Source: an uncultured cyanobacterium (GTDB taxonomy: Bacteria > Cyanobacteriota > Cyanobacteriia > PCC-9006 > JAAUQQ01). From it: a stretch of 64,000 nt of DNA. The notes below the pieces were generated by a model that was not told the DNA's origin, did no database searches, and saw only the letters and a list, made by a program, of their open reading frames with translations. The translations under genes were made by a program, and so were the position numbers. The stretch covers positions 672,001 through 736,000 of the forward strand of contig OY970368.1 in NCBI GenBank assembly GCA_963718615.1. The letters are read 5' to 3'. Positions within the stretch are counted from its first letter, which is position 1. Every line of letters starts with the position of its first letter. Shown here piece after piece: positions 9,713 to 20,938 of this stretch.

Positions 9713-11037
9713 TAAAATTTCCTTTCTGTCCCACTGCTAGCTAAACATCTACATAGATTGCTGACCTGCTGGGTAAAGCGGTTTAGCCCTTGTAAATCAA
9801 TGGAATTGCGGACAGAGGGCTGAGCGATCTCCCGATGTAGCCAATCGCCTAAAGCCTGTGGGCTCAGGTGTTCCGGGTGAAGAACATCAAGGAGCTCTAA
9901 GCTTTGCAACCGTTGGGCTCTAATCCATTGCTCCAGACGGGGGGACACTCGGGGAACCAGAAGAGCGGGTTTGCCAAAAGAGAGAATTTCACAGGTGGTG
10001 TTGTAGCCTCCCATGGCAATAACACGCTGTGCCTGTTGCATCAAAAGGGTAGGTTCGGCGAAATAGTCTAAAACTTGCAAACGGGGATTGTCTTGAGCCT
10101 GAATGCGTAGCCGTTCTCGTATTTCCCCTGGCATAAACGGCCCAGTCAGCAAAATACCATGTAGACCTTTCGGTAAGGCGGTTTGCACAAAGGCTTGGGC
10201 CAATTGTGCACCATCTTGGCCGCCACCGACACAACATAAAACGAAGGGACTTGAGCTAAGATTGAGCTGTTTTAGCCCTTCAAGGGTCTGCGAAGGGAGT
10301 GACTCTAAACGGGAGCTTTGGTCTAAATATCCCAGATATTTGAGCTTATATTCCATTGCCGAAGACCAATGATATTCTTGGGCGAGGTCATAAACATTGC
10401 GATCGCCATAAACCCAAACCTGATCGAAGTATTTGCGAATCGCTGATTCATTTCTGAGCTTTGCCCACTCTTGAACAACAGTATTGGGTTGGTCAAGGAC
10501 GTCTCGCAATCCCAAAATACAACGTGTCCGGGACCGCCAACGCAGCATTCTTAAACTTGAGTTGAGTTCTTGACCCACACCACGGGGAACATTATCAACC
10601 ATGAAAATATCTGGCTGAAATGTTTTCAAAGCGGCTTTAATCGTCTTAGAGCGAAGCTGAATTAAATCATCAAACGACAATCGAAACGACCGAGATCGAT
10701 AGCGTCCAGTAGATTCTTTATAGAGCGAGGGCAACGTTAAATAGTCAATACCGGTGGGCATTGAGCTACCGTGAATCTCACAAACCCCCATTATCATTAA
10801 GATATCTGCATTGACATCCGACTTAACCAGTGTTTCCGCTAAAAGCCGATTACGGCGTTTGTGGCCTAGCCCCATGGTGTCATGGGAATAGAATGCAATT
10901 CTTGGTCGAGAGTGCGATCGCCCTAAGGATTGAGTCCAAGATTTTGTTGTAGCGTTCAGATCTGCCACTGGGCTTGCAGAATCATTCTTTTCCTCATTCC
11001 CTTGACTTTTCGAAGTTATCAATGACACATAACTCAT
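9712..11037 (-). CDS. Predicted GT-B glycosyltransferase (COG4671-like, GT28 C-terminal domain)
   Basis: YSHDTMGLGH, GGGQDG, MGGYNT, PRLEQWIRA. Confidence 0.88.
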   Translation of the reverse strand: MSYVSLITSKSQGNEEKNDSASPVADLNATTKSWTQSLGRSHSRPRIAFYSHDTMGLGHKRRNRLLAETLVKSDVNADILMIMGVCEIHGSSMPTGIDYLTLPSLYKESTGRYRSRSFRLSFDDLIQLRSKTIKAALKTFQPDIFMVDNVPRGVGQELNSSLRMLRWRSRTRCILGLRDVLDQPNTVVQEWAKLRNESAIRKYFDQVWVYGDRNVYDLAQEYHWSSAMEYKLKYLGYLDQSSRLESLPSQTLEGLKQLNLSSSPFVLCCVGGGQDGAQLAQAFVQTALPKGLHGILLTGPFMPGEIRERLRIQAQDNPRLQVLDYFAEPTLLMQQAQRVIAMGGYNTTCEILSFGKPALLVPRVSPRLEQWIRAQRLQSLELLDVLHPEHLSPQALGDWLHREIAQPSVRNSIDLQGLNRFTQQVSNLCRCLASSGTERKF

Positions 11038-11134
11038 CTATCCCCCCCTGCCCCCTATCGCTCTCTAACCCAACGTTCACCAATTTGCAGCTATGACGAA
11101 GGTCTTGAGGTGGGAGTTCCTGCTTACCCTGCTC

Positions 11135-11299
11135 TTATGTACGTGTCAAGGGATTAGGCATAATTAAGAGCGTGTCCTGGGCAATGATAGCGATTTCTAA
11201 GTCCCTGAGCTCCTCTAAACTCATCTCTGAAGCAATACGATCGTACTCTGCATCACTGGGCTCGGTAGCAAGCCAATCCATAATCTGCTCAAAGGTCAT
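11135..11299 (-). CDS. Small acidic hypothetical protein (54 aa)
   Basis: MTFEQIMDWLATEPSDAEYD..; ATGA overlap with the upstream ORF. Confidence 0.55.
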   Translation of the reverse strand: MTFEQIMDWLATEPSDAEYDRIASEMSLEELRDLEIAIIAQDTLLIMPNPLTRT

Positions 11300-11592
11300 G
11301 GGTCTGCTCCTGGAGGTATTGGGGGACGGGGCAACTTCATCAGGTGACCCCCAATCTGGTACTTGATATACGGGCCATACCCCAGCAAGCACAAGGTATG
11401 AACCAAGTCCCTCGCTGATAGATCGTGGAGATAGGCACCGTGCCCGTCCATGGTCGATAAGCGGTCCTTGAGGGCATCTCTCAGGATCTCATTCCCAGGG
11501 CCTCGCAGCTCGCTCGTGGGCTCATCTGGGTGGTTCGTGGGCAGTAGCATCTCGCTATCAGGCTCATTGGTCAGGTACAGTTTTATGGTCAT
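11296..11592 (-). CDS. Hypothetical protein, phage-like context
   Basis: 98-aa ORF coupled by ATGA overlaps on both sides. Confidence 0.65.
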   Translation of the reverse strand: MTIKLYLTNEPDSEMLLPTNHPDEPTSELRGPGNEILRDALKDRLSTMDGHGAYLHDLSARDLVHTLCLLGYGPYIKYQIGGHLMKLPRPPIPPGADP

Positions 11593-12152
11593 TTTCGGCT
11601 CATAGCTCCTAACGTAATAAGCGTATGGTCTGGGTACTCCTGTAAGAACTTGATAAAGTCCTGCTCATACAGAAGCTCTTGGATACCCATGCTCGTAACC
11701 TCCTGGAATGCGTACCCTCGCGGGAACCCCGACCACTTGTATTCTTTACCTACATACGGTTTGCTGAAGTCCCCCGGAACCGCTATCTCAGTATCAGCAT
11801 ACCCAGGATCCCCTGTCAGTAGTGAGAGCTTTTGGCGGTCACCTGGATTGGGTGCTTTGCTCTCCACCCACTGGATTATAGCCTCTGTCAGATCAGGGTC
11901 TATGTAGTTCATGCAGTGCGTTAGTTCATGAACAAGAGTCTTGTAGAACCGAACGGGTTCTTCCGGGTCAAAGGGCGGAAGCACGTAATCCTGCTCAACC
12001 TCCATTGTAGTAGCCCCAGCTTGAGCGTAAGATCTTCCATTCACTGTTGCTTTGGTCGTTACCTTGTGGGATGGAGCGGCGATACGGTTCAAAGCGGAGG
12101 AGCCATCGTACACGTACTTTGGACCCGCTAGATTGGCCCAAAGTTGAACCAT
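11589..12152 (-). CDS. Zincin-like HExxH domain, probably a 5'-truncated fragment of a larger phage-type protein
   Basis: LVHELTH plus downstream YVGKEY..EVTSMG; frame stays open upstream of the ATG. Confidence 0.6.
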   Translation of the reverse strand: MVQLWANLAGPKYVYDGSSALNRIAAPSHKVTTKATVNGRSYAQAGATTMEVEQDYVLPPFDPEEPVRFYKTLVHELTHCMNYIDPDLTEAIIQWVESKAPNPGDRQKLSLLTGDPGYADTEIAVPGDFSKPYVGKEYKWSGFPRGYAFQEVTSMGIQELLYEQDFIKFLQEYPDHTLITLGAMSRK

Positions 12153-12234
12153 TTCCTTGATGCTTTGCTCCGAAACACCTGGGGTACTAGAGGTCTCGAT
12201 CGTGATACTGTCTATACATCTGATGTCTGAGCAA

Positions 12235-14658
12235 CTAAACCCTCGCTAAAATCAGAATTCCCCAAAGCACTGCGATCGCCGCCATCACCGCCGCCCATAT
12301 CGGATGCCCCCGCTCCGAAGACCGTCCCCCCGATGTCGTCCGCAGTTGCTCCACATCTAGCCACAGCGTCGCGCCCCGGCGTAGCCAACCACTGACGACG
12401 ACCTCGCGACCCAGCAAAAAACTGGGGCGTAAAAACTTGGGCCAAAGATTCCCCGCCGGACCTAAGGGCGAACACCAGTGCAGCCGCACCGGCCCCGCTT
12501 CGGTTTGCAGGAGCAGATCCTGGCCCAGCCAGTTGCTCACCCCCGCTCGCCCGGTTAGTCGTCCCGTCAACTGTACCGGTTCCGCATCCATCGGCAACAA
12601 AAAGGGTTGGGGCAAAATCGTCGCGATCGCCCGGTCCGCTGCCGTTTCCCGTTGCGCTCGCTGGGGAAAAAACGAATTTGTCCGCAGAATCAATCCTAGC
12701 CCCACACCAATGGGAATACAACCCCAGATCAGCGTGCGATCGCCAAACATCCAGTCCAGTTGCCAAAGGCCAAACAAACTCACCGTCGCCCCGATGCCCC
12801 AGAGCAGCAAACCCATGAGCAAACCCGCGATCGCCCCATAGAACGGAGCCCCTTGGAGCAATAGCGGTCCCCACAGTTCAAAACAACGCCGGAGCGCAAC
12901 TCGGCGATCGCCCCAGCCTTTTTCCGAGGTCCAAGCGACCCAGAGATTGAGCGAGTCCCGTTCGGGAGCAGGCAGCATCACATCCGGCGGTTGCTTCGAG
13001 CGAATGCCGTAGCCATTCAGTAAGGAGAGGCGATCGCCCAGCAGCGGATGGGCATTGTTCAGATTCAGCCAGCGACGGTAGGGGCTAGAGCAGTCCCAGG
13101 CCAGCCGCGCATCCGCCTCTAGGTCGACGATCGGTAGGGCTGCGGTCAGGGCTACAGATGCGCCTAGGGGTAAGAGCAATTCAAAGCCTTCCAGCAGGGG
13201 CAATGTCTGCTCCTGTTGGGCCAAGGCTTCACAGAGGGCTTGGGCATAGGACCGCAGCGCCCGACTGTAGGCCGCCGGATCTCCGAGAAAATCCGCCGCC
13301 GCGCGATCGCCATAGAGAACCCGCCAGCGGGACAAGCCGAGCAACGGCCAGCGCCAGAGTTTATAAAGACCGTAGGCGATCGCCCCGAAAACGCCGCCCA
13401 GGACCATGCCCGTCCGAAACAAAAACCGAAATCCCGCATCCAGTTTGTGATTCGATACCAGCTTTTCACGACAGCGGTTGCCCACCCCAGCGCAGAGCCA
13501 ATACAAACCGTAGGGGAGTTGGAGCAAACCGTTGAGCCAGGGTAGGACGAGGGCGGAGTGGGTGGCGAATTTACCGAGTTCTCCGGCGATGAGGGCGGCG
13601 ATCGCCTCACTGTTCAACCGTTCCAGCAATCCCCGACTTAGCACAATGCGACCATCGCGGGGCGAATGACCCACGGAAAAGATAATCGGAACCGACGTTT
13701 CTAGGAGCAGCAACCGTTCCGGCGAAAGACTCCGTTGTTTTTTGAAAAAGCGTTCCAGTAAGGCCATGGCATCGGCGCTGTGGGGTTTGAGGTCTTCCAA
13801 GGGAAAATCTTGCCCAGGACTGTAGAATCGCAAGATCCCGGCGATCGCCCAGGGCAACCCCACCAGCAACGCCACCGCTGCCCAGCGCAGCGGCTCCTGC
13901 AAGGGCGTCCAGTCGGGGATCGAAACGAAGGAGGAAATCCAAGGCAGGCGAGCCAGACCCCGGTCGAGAGCCGTCGTGATCCAATCCAGGGAGAAGGGAA
14001 TGGCCCAAAGGGTGAACCCCACGGTCAACAGTTCCACCAGCCGCAGTTTGAGCGGACCGAGCTGCTTTGCCAGAGACTGATGGCCAATCCAGAGAATCGC
14101 AAAGAGAATGACGCCCAGAACTGCCACGACCCAGCGTTGGTAATCGCTCAGCCAAGCCGGCCAAAACCCCAGCCCCGACAACTGACTCAGCCCCCAGATC
14201 AGCACCCCCGACCAGGCCAACCAAACCCAGCGCTCCGTGCGCAGCGGCGAGAGCGGACGCCAACTGGGATTGCGCACGGACAAATCGGAAATCGGCTGGG
14301 ACGGTTCCGGCGGGGCTTCAAAGGCTTGGGTGGGCGCTTCGGCGGTTTCCATTTCCTGCTGTTTGGCGCGCCATTTCAGCTTTTTGAGGCTTTTCTTCGC
14401 CCAGGCTTGGGTTTCGGGTTTGGCGCTGCTGTGGAGGGGATAGCAGAGGGCGATCGCCTTTTCAAAATTCTCAATGCGATCGTAGGCCACGATCAACGCC
14501 ATCTGGGCCTGTTCCCAATAGGCTCCCCTGGGGACTTGACGCAGATGGGCGATCGCCCCATCATAATCCTCCTGCTTGAGTGCCGCTAAGCCCGCTTTGA
14601 GCTTCGCTTTAATCAGGGTTGATGGGTCTATTTGGGAAGAAGTCGGCTGGCTAGACAT
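12235..14658 (-). CDS. Membrane M48/HtpX-like protein with N-terminal TPR; zinc motif degenerate
   Basis: RIVLSRGLLERLNSEAIAALIAGELGK, GDRAAA, HPLLGDRL; several TM segments. Confidence 0.8.
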   Translation of the reverse strand: MSSQPTSSQIDPSTLIKAKLKAGLAALKQEDYDGAIAHLRQVPRGAYWEQAQMALIVAYDRIENFEKAIALCYPLHSSAKPETQAWAKKSLKKLKWRAKQQEMETAEAPTQAFEAPPEPSQPISDLSVRNPSWRPLSPLRTERWVWLAWSGVLIWGLSQLSGLGFWPAWLSDYQRWVVAVLGVILFAILWIGHQSLAKQLGPLKLRLVELLTVGFTLWAIPFSLDWITTALDRGLARLPWISSFVSIPDWTPLQEPLRWAAVALLVGLPWAIAGILRFYSPGQDFPLEDLKPHSADAMALLERFFKKQRSLSPERLLLLETSVPIIFSVGHSPRDGRIVLSRGLLERLNSEAIAALIAGELGKFATHSALVLPWLNGLLQLPYGLYWLCAGVGNRCREKLVSNHKLDAGFRFLFRTGMVLGGVFGAIAYGLYKLWRWPLLGLSRWRVLYGDRAAADFLGDPAAYSRALRSYAQALCEALAQQEQTLPLLEGFELLLPLGASVALTAALPIVDLEADARLAWDCSSPYRRWLNLNNAHPLLGDRLSLLNGYGIRSKQPPDVMLPAPERDSLNLWVAWTSEKGWGDRRVALRRCFELWGPLLLQGAPFYGAIAGLLMGLLLWGIGATVSLFGLWQLDWMFGDRTLIWGCIPIGVGLGLILRTNSFFPQRAQRETAADRAIATILPQPFLLPMDAEPVQLTGRLTGRAGVSNWLGQDLLLQTEAGPVRLHWCSPLGPAGNLWPKFLRPSFLLGREVVVSGWLRRGATLWLDVEQLRTTSGGRSSERGHPIWAAVMAAIAVLWGILILARV

Positions 14659-14947
14659 AGGCGACAGATGCAAAAAAACCCGCTCAGTTTTATTGTTCAC
14701 CAACCCCTTGGAGGATGGAACATTCCGGTCTGAATACACCGAGTCACGCGATCGTGAGTTGGGCGCTCTGGTTTCCCCTAGAGCCTAGCGCTGCGGCAGC
14801 GATTTTTGCAGGTGCCGCATCGTGGAGTCATGGGAATCGTGGTCGATTGGGTGATGAACACCTCTCAGTACGCTAATCTTGATCTCTGTGCCAAAATCCT
14901 GTGTGCCCCCAAGATCCTGTCCTTTGTCTTCACGCTGAACCTGAACC

Positions 14948-16462
14948 ATGTCCGATCTCCGCGATACTCGCCTGGAAAAAGCCGAACAGCTCCGTCAGTT
15001 GGGGCAAAATCCCTACGCCTACCGTTGGGAATCCACCCATAGCGCCGCTGTACTCCAGGAGAAATATGCGGACCTGGAGAATGGGGAAGAGGTGGAGGTA
15101 GAGGTGGCGATCGCCGGTCGGATCATGGCGCGGCGCGTCTTTGGCAAACTAGCCTTCTTCACGCTTCAGGACGAAACCGGCCAAATTCAACTCTTCCTCG
15201 ATAAGAAAAAGATCCAAGCCACCCTGGGCGAGGCCGACCCCGAAGCCTTTAGTCATCTGAAAAACCTCACCGATGTCGGAGATTTCATCGGCGTCAAAGG
15301 CAGCGTGCGTCGGACCGACAAAGGCGAACTCTCCATCAATGTAGGGTTTTATCAAATCCTGACGAAATCGCTGCTGCCCCTGCCGGACAAGTGGCATGGC
15401 CTCACCGATGTGGAAAAGCGCTACCGTCAGCGTTATGTGGATCTCATCGTCAACCCCGAAGTGCGGGAAACCTTCCGGCGGCGGGCGAAAATCACCGCTG
15501 CCATTCGCCGTTACCTTGATGAACAGGGCTTCATCGAAATTGAAACCCCCGTCCTCCAATCCGAAGCAGGCGGAGCCGCAGCTAAGCCCTTTGTGACCTA
15601 CCACAATGCCACGGAAATGGAGATGTATTTGCGCATCGCCACGGAGCTACACCTCAAGCGGCTGATTGTGGGAGGATTCGAGAAGGTGTTTGAACTGGGC
15701 CGAATCTTCCGCAATGAGGGCGTTTCGACGCGGCACAATCCCGAGTTTACGTCAATCGAGGTGTACCAAGCCTACGCCGACTACAACGACATGATGGCGC
15801 TGACCGAGGCGATTATCACCGATTCCGCTCAGGCGGTACTAGGCACCCTAGAGATTGAATACCAGGGTGAGGCCATCAATCTCAACACCCCCTGGAAACG
15901 GATGACAATGCATGAGGCAGTTCGTGAGGCAACTGGCGTAGACTTCTCAGCAATTGAAGATCTGGAAGCGGCAAAAGCCGCTGCCCAAGCAGCGGGAATT
16001 CACGGCGTTGGCGAAGCAACCTCTATCGGCAAGATCCTCAACGAAGCCTTTGAGCAAAAAGTCGAAGAAACGCTAATTCAGCCCACCTTTATTCTCGACT
16101 ATCCCGTAGAAATTTCGCCCTTGGCCAAACCCCATCGCTCCAAGCCGGGATTGGTAGAACGATTTGAATTGTTTATTGTGGGTCGAGAAACCGCGAATAG
16201 TTTCTCGGAGTTGACGGACCCCATTGATCAGCGAGAGCGTCTTGAGGCACAAGCCGCGCAGAAGGCGGCAGGGGATGAGGAAGCCAATAGCGTTGATGAG
16301 GATTTTCTCACGGCATTGGAGTATGGCATGCCACCCACCGGAGGCTTAGGCATTGGCATCGACCGATTGGCGATGCTGTTGACAGATTCACCGAGCATTC
16401 GGGATGTGATTGCGTTTCCGCTGTTGCGGTCGGAAAAGTCAGCCCAGGATGAAAGTGAGTAG
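14948..16462 (+). CDS. lysS: Lysine--tRNA ligase
   Basis: OB fold, [33 protein letters not shown]. Confidence 0.98.
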   Translation: MSDLRDTRLEKAEQLRQLGQNPYAYRWESTHSAAVLQEKYADLENGEEVEVEVAIAGRIMARRVFGKLAFFTLQDETGQIQLFLDKKKIQATLGEADPEAFSHLKNLTDVGDFIGVKGSVRRTDKGELSINVGFYQILTKSLLPLPDKWHGLTDVEKRYRQRYVDLIVNPEVRETFRRRAKITAAIRRYLDEQGFIEIETPVLQSEAGGAAAKPFVTYHNATEMEMYLRIATELHLKRLIVGGFEKVFELGRIFRNEGVSTRHNPEFTSIEVYQAYADYNDMMALTEAIITDSAQAVLGTLEIEYQGEAINLNTPWKRMTMHEAVREATGVDFSAIEDLEAAKAAAQAAGIHGVGEATSIGKILNEAFEQKVEETLIQPTFILDYPVEISPLAKPHRSKPGLVERFELFIVGRETANSFSELTDPIDQRERLEAQAAQKAAGDEEANSVDEDFLTALEYGMPPTGGLGIGIDRLAMLLTDSPSIRDVIAFPLLRSEKSAQDESE

Positions 16463-16777
16463 GAGTTGTCAAGCCTTTCTAGGTTATGCAGTCCCGTTAT
16501 GCAAGCGAAGCTGCGGGCGTTGGTGGATGAGTTGGGTGAGGGTGGGGGCTGGGATAGTCTATGGGGATGAGCGGTATGTGGGGGCATTTGGGGACGATCG
16601 GGGTTGGTGACACCTTGGAATTATCGCAAGAACTTAGTTGTAGACATCTTCTGCTTTTTTCCTTTAGCCCCAATTGCAAAGCTAAAATCTTTTGCTACCG
16701 TTTTATATGCAAGTTGATTGCAAGCATAGGTTACCGGTAGCCTGACTTAAAAAAATGAAATTTTTGAGTTTGTCGAT

Positions 16778-17242
16778 CTAGTAAGTCTTTGTAGAACTCT
16801 GGCTCTGATGGTTATCTTGCTTCAACTTATTTGTCCAATCATCTGACGAGGCAGTTCCTGGTGAACACAAGCTGGGATCAATGCGCTCCCTGAGCACAAG
16901 GCCCTGATTCCGGTAAGATTCTCGAGCATCTTCAGTGAGAAGACCATAATAATGCCCCAAAATATGATCCACTTGTTCAATCCAAAAATTAAGTAGTGCA
17001 TCGTCGATTGCTGCTTCCAAAATCTTGTCAACCTTTTGCTCTTCTTCTTCTAAAGGCTCGACAAGCTGTGATAAACGTCCGTATTCCAGCACCTTCTCTT
17101 TTATGTCCGGAGTAGTTTGCTGCAATAGGTTTTCATCTAGAAGCTGGCTGATTTGTACATAGTCGTTCTGAGTTTCCATTCTTGCGTTCCCTTCTATGCA
17201 ACATTTCAATGGTGTTGCTCCACTAACACTTGTTAGCACCAT
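16778..17242 (-). CDS. Hypothetical protein, divergent from the sigma-like gene (start may be 17179)
   Basis: 154-aa acidic helical ORF in an AT-rich segment. Confidence 0.65.
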   Translation of the reverse strand: MVLTSVSGATPLKCCIEGNARMETQNDYVQISQLLDENLLQQTTPDIKEKVLEYGRLSQLVEPLEEEEQKVDKILEAAIDDALLNFWIEQVDHILGHYYGLLTEDARESYRNQGLVLRERIDPSLCSPGTASSDDWTNKLKQDNHQSQSSTKTY

Positions 17243-17318
17243 CTACTGTGTATAGTAGATATAAATGAATGCGTTTTACAGTGTAGAGAGCTGAATTAAA
17301 AGAACAATCAAGCATGAT

Positions 17319-17537
17319 CTATTTCATCCTGTGTACTGGGCCGTTAAATAAGAGATAATTGCTCTGATAGCTTAAGAAGAGATAGATGTACTGGTGTTTA
17401 AGTTTTGCTACATCCCTCTTCAGTTGAGCTTTGTACTGTTCCCATAAGCGATGTAACGAATTCGGATCTTGGTATTCTAGGAGAATTACCTGATGGCACC
17501 ATCGCTTGGAAATAATAGAAGCCAGTACGCTATCCAT
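17319..17537 (-). CDS. Possible small hypothetical protein
   Basis: 72-aa ATG-started ORF co-oriented with 16778..17242; no recognisable motif. Confidence 0.3.
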   Translation of the reverse strand: MDSVLASIISKRWCHQVILLEYQDPNSLHRLWEQYKAQLKRDVAKLKHQYIYLFLSYQSNYLLFNGPVHRMK

Positions 17538-17995
17538 GGTGTTGTTTCTTTCGATTGTGGATGAACTGGACGAGACAAGAGCACCCCCAGCTCAAGGAGC
17601 AGAGGGGTAAGTAATACCTTTTGACTTGCACTCAAGACTTTGTGTATCACGGGCCGATTATGTGACCCATTTTCTTTGTGATACAGATGAACTTTTGTGA
17701 CAGCACTCATAATTTTGATGTGATGGTTGGAGATGTCAACACTGGCCAAAATGTTGTAAGGCTAGTAAATCCATGTAGCCATATAAGTCGTGCATGATCT
17801 GTATGTCACAAAAATCTCTAGTGAATCACAATTCTTCGGAGTGACTCGTGTGGTTTGGCTGTGGGAGCCAGGGGAGGCGTGCCGCTCATTTTATTGCTTT
17901 TCCCATGGGTGGAGAAATGAGAGAGGCACATCAACGTCAACAGGGTTGGAATCTATGGCTCCACCCTCGCGAAACAACATCGTGGAGATGATGTA

Positions 17996-18673
17996 ATGAC
18001 AAACCAATTCAGGCAGCAGGGCACAGATGGGTCCCAGGAGTTCGTAAATCAGGATTCCGTTGGTTCTGTCGATTTTTATTACTCGGAGGAAGAGGGGACT
18101 CCAGGTATTTCGGAGGAGCTGGCTTGTCATCGATTTCGCATCGAATTTTTGCGGGTGACAGATCCAGATACGAAACAAGGCGCGATTTTGTACGCTGCGG
18201 TTTCGAGGGTGCTGAAGTCCTATCGATTATCCGGTTTATACAGCATTATTGATGTGTTGAATGAAGCCTATGAGCGGGGGGTGCAGGCGAATCAGAAAAA
18301 GGAGATTGAGAATGTTGCGGGTTGGATTCGCCGGACAGGGCGCAATATTGCGTCTGAATGGAGTCGCCTAGAAGATCGTACGGTGTCAGCCGATGAACGA
18401 TTGGCAAACTGGCCAGCGGTAGATCCCTTAGATGGGAATGATTTGAGTCAGGAGCTCAAACGAGTGCGTCTAGCGACTCGAAAATTAGAGCCTCGTGATC
18501 AGCGAATTCTACAGCTCAAAATCGTTGAAAGGCTTCCTTGGTCTGAGGTTCAGCAGATTCTTCGAGATGAAGGGTTTGGTGACTGTACGATTGTGGGGCT
18601 CCGCAAACGCAAGGAGCGGGCACTAACCAGACTTCGGTTGCTTTATCACGAGACGTCTTTGAAAGAGGAGTAA
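17996..18673 (+). CDS. Sigma-70/ECF-like factor
   Basis: Region-2-like DVLNEAYERG..AGWIRRTGRN and region-4-like LEPRDQRILQLKIVERLPWSEV..LRKRKERALTRLR. Confidence 0.75.
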   Translation: MTNQFRQQGTDGSQEFVNQDSVGSVDFYYSEEEGTPGISEELACHRFRIEFLRVTDPDTKQGAILYAAVSRVLKSYRLSGLYSIIDVLNEAYERGVQANQKKEIENVAGWIRRTGRNIASEWSRLEDRTVSADERLANWPAVDPLDGNDLSQELKRVRLATRKLEPRDQRILQLKIVERLPWSEVQQILRDEGFGDCTIVGLRKRKERALTRLRLLYHETSLKEE

Positions 18674-18824
18674 TGCGTTTCAGGCTTCTGTTGTCTTTTG
18701 CATTGGGTTGCACCTTCTCTGTTGCAAGCGATCGCCCCACCTCGGCAAATTCAAGAAATTTAATCCCTATGACATCCCTACACCTGCTCAAATAGAATTT
18801 GTCTTGATCGCTTGTATTCCCTGT

Positions 18825-20935
18825 ATGTCCAACCTCAGCCAGCTCGAAGCCTCTCTCTGGGAGGCGGCTGATCAGCTCCGCGCCAATTCAAAACTGAATG
18901 CCTCTGAGTACAGCATGCCGGTACTGGGGCTGATTTTCCTGCGTCACGCGACCAATCGCTACGAGGTCGTGCGGGAGGAGATTGAGAAGACGCTACCGAC
19001 GCGGGGCGGCAAGAAGCGAGCCCTGACCGCTGCGGATTTTAAGAGCAAGGCGGCGCTGTTTTTGCCGGAGACGGCGCATTATGACTATCTCCTGAACCTT
19101 CCAGAAGACAAAAATCTCGGTGCAGCGCTGGTCCAGGCGATGAAGGACATTGAGGAGCAGTCCGACCTGCTGAAGGGTGTGCTGCCGAAGGAGTACACCG
19201 GGTTTGATAAGGCGCTGTTGCGTGACCTGGTGCGGATTTTTGGGCGGGATGAGTTGAAGACGGCCCAGGGCGATGTGTTTGGCCGGATTTATGAATATTT
19301 CCTCAATAAGTTTGCGATGAGCGGTGCCCAGGAAGGGGGCGAGTTTTTCACGCCGCCGTCGCTGGTGCGGATGATTGTGAATGTGATTGAGCCGAAGCGG
19401 GGGGTGGTGTTTGACCCGGCCTGCGGCAGTGCGGGGATGTTTGTGCAAACGGGGCATTTTTTGGAGCGGCTCGGTACGAATCCTTCGGAGAAGGTGACGT
19501 TCTTTGGGCAGGAGAAGTCGGAGACGAATACGCGGCTGGCGAAGATGAACCTGGCGGTGCATGGGCTGGATGGGAATATCCAGCTCGGCAATACGTTCTA
19601 CGACTTTCGCAAGGAGCTGGTGGGAGCCTGTGACTATGTGATGGCAAATCCGCCATTCAATGTGGATTTGGTGGATCCCAAGAAAATCAAGAACGACGAC
19701 CGGCTGTTTACCGAGAAGAAGATTCCGGGCATTAGCCCCAAGACAGAGACGGTAAGCAATGCGAACTACCTGTGGATTCAGTATTTCCATGCCTATCTGA
19801 AGCCGGGTGTGGGTCGTTCTGGGTTTGTGATGGCGAGTTCGGCGTCGGATGCGGGCCATGGGGAGAAGACGATCCGCGAGCAGATTATTGAGACGGGAGA
19901 CGTGGATGCGATCATCTCCATCGGCACAAACTTCTTTTACACGCGCTCATTGCCTTGCACGCTCTGGTTCTTTGACCGGGGGAAGCCGGAGGCCCGCAAG
20001 GACAAGATTTTGATGATCGATGCCCGGAATGTGTTTCGGGTGGTGACGCGGAAGATTAATGACTTTAGCGAGGAGCAGCTTCAGAATCTAACGGCGATTA
20101 CTTGGTTGTATCGCGGGGAGACGAAGCGGTTCTTGGGGCTGGTGCGGTCCTATATTGAGCAGGTGTATGGCGAGGCGGAGCCTTTGGTGGAGCGGCTGGC
20201 TGGCTGGGATACAGCGCTGGAGCCGTTGATGGGTCGGTTGAAGCAGCTAGGGGAAACGGTGCAGCCGCTGATGACGGAGAAGGCTGAGGTGACAGCGGAG
20301 TCGGTGGAGGCGTTTAAGGCGCAATGGGTGGAGCTGGAGGCGGCTGTGGTGCAGCTAGGTGAGGACCGAGCAGCGTTGATGGCTGGCATTGGGGCTTTGC
20401 CGATGCCGGAGGAGCTGGAGACGAATGAGGCCCAGCATAGGTGGGCGGAGCAATTTGGGGCGCAGGTGTCGTTGTGGAAGGCGGTGCAGAAGGAGACAAA
20501 TCAGGTTTATAAGCTGGTGGGCCGAGGGGTGGAGTTGGCGGAGAAGCAGTTGGGGGCAAGGGGGCTGAAGGACTGGAATAGCCGGGAGGTGCGGCAGGAG
20601 CGGCAGGGGCTGGAGGCGGCGCGGGATGGTGTGGTGGCTGTGGTGAACAGGTGCTGTATTTCGAGCAGCAGGTGCTGTGGTTGCAGTCACGGTTCCCGGA
20701 GGCGGCGATGGTGGATGTGCCGGGGCTTTGTCGGGTGATTGAGCGGGGTGAGATTGAGGATGGGAGTTTGACGCCGGGGCGGTATGTGGGCGTGGCTGCT
20801 CAGGTGGAGGATGAGGATGAGGAGGCGTTTGAGGAGCGGATGCGGGCGATCCATGGGGAGTTGGCGGGGTTGAATGCGGAGGCGGTGGAGTTGGCTGAGG
20901 CGATTCAGAGCAATTTTGCAGAGCTGGGTTTTTAG
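18825..20935 (+). pseudogene. hsdM: Type I R-M methyltransferase HsdM, frameshifted near 20647
   Basis: GEFFTP, DPACGSAG, NPPF motifs; C-terminus (..SLTPGRYVGV..) continues in ORF 20651..20935 in another frame. Confidence 0.9.
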
Positions 20936-20938
20936 CTA

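Noticed and set aside
12212-14589. Long alternative-frame ORFs over the M48-like gene (similar ones overlie hsdM, hsdR, tamB and pnt)
   Set aside because: Expected in GC-rich coding DNA; no motifs or RBS support
17641-17850. CRP/SyCRP1 binding sites
   Set aside because: No TGTGA-N6-TCACA palindrome; half-sites occur as direct repeats (reported as a finding)
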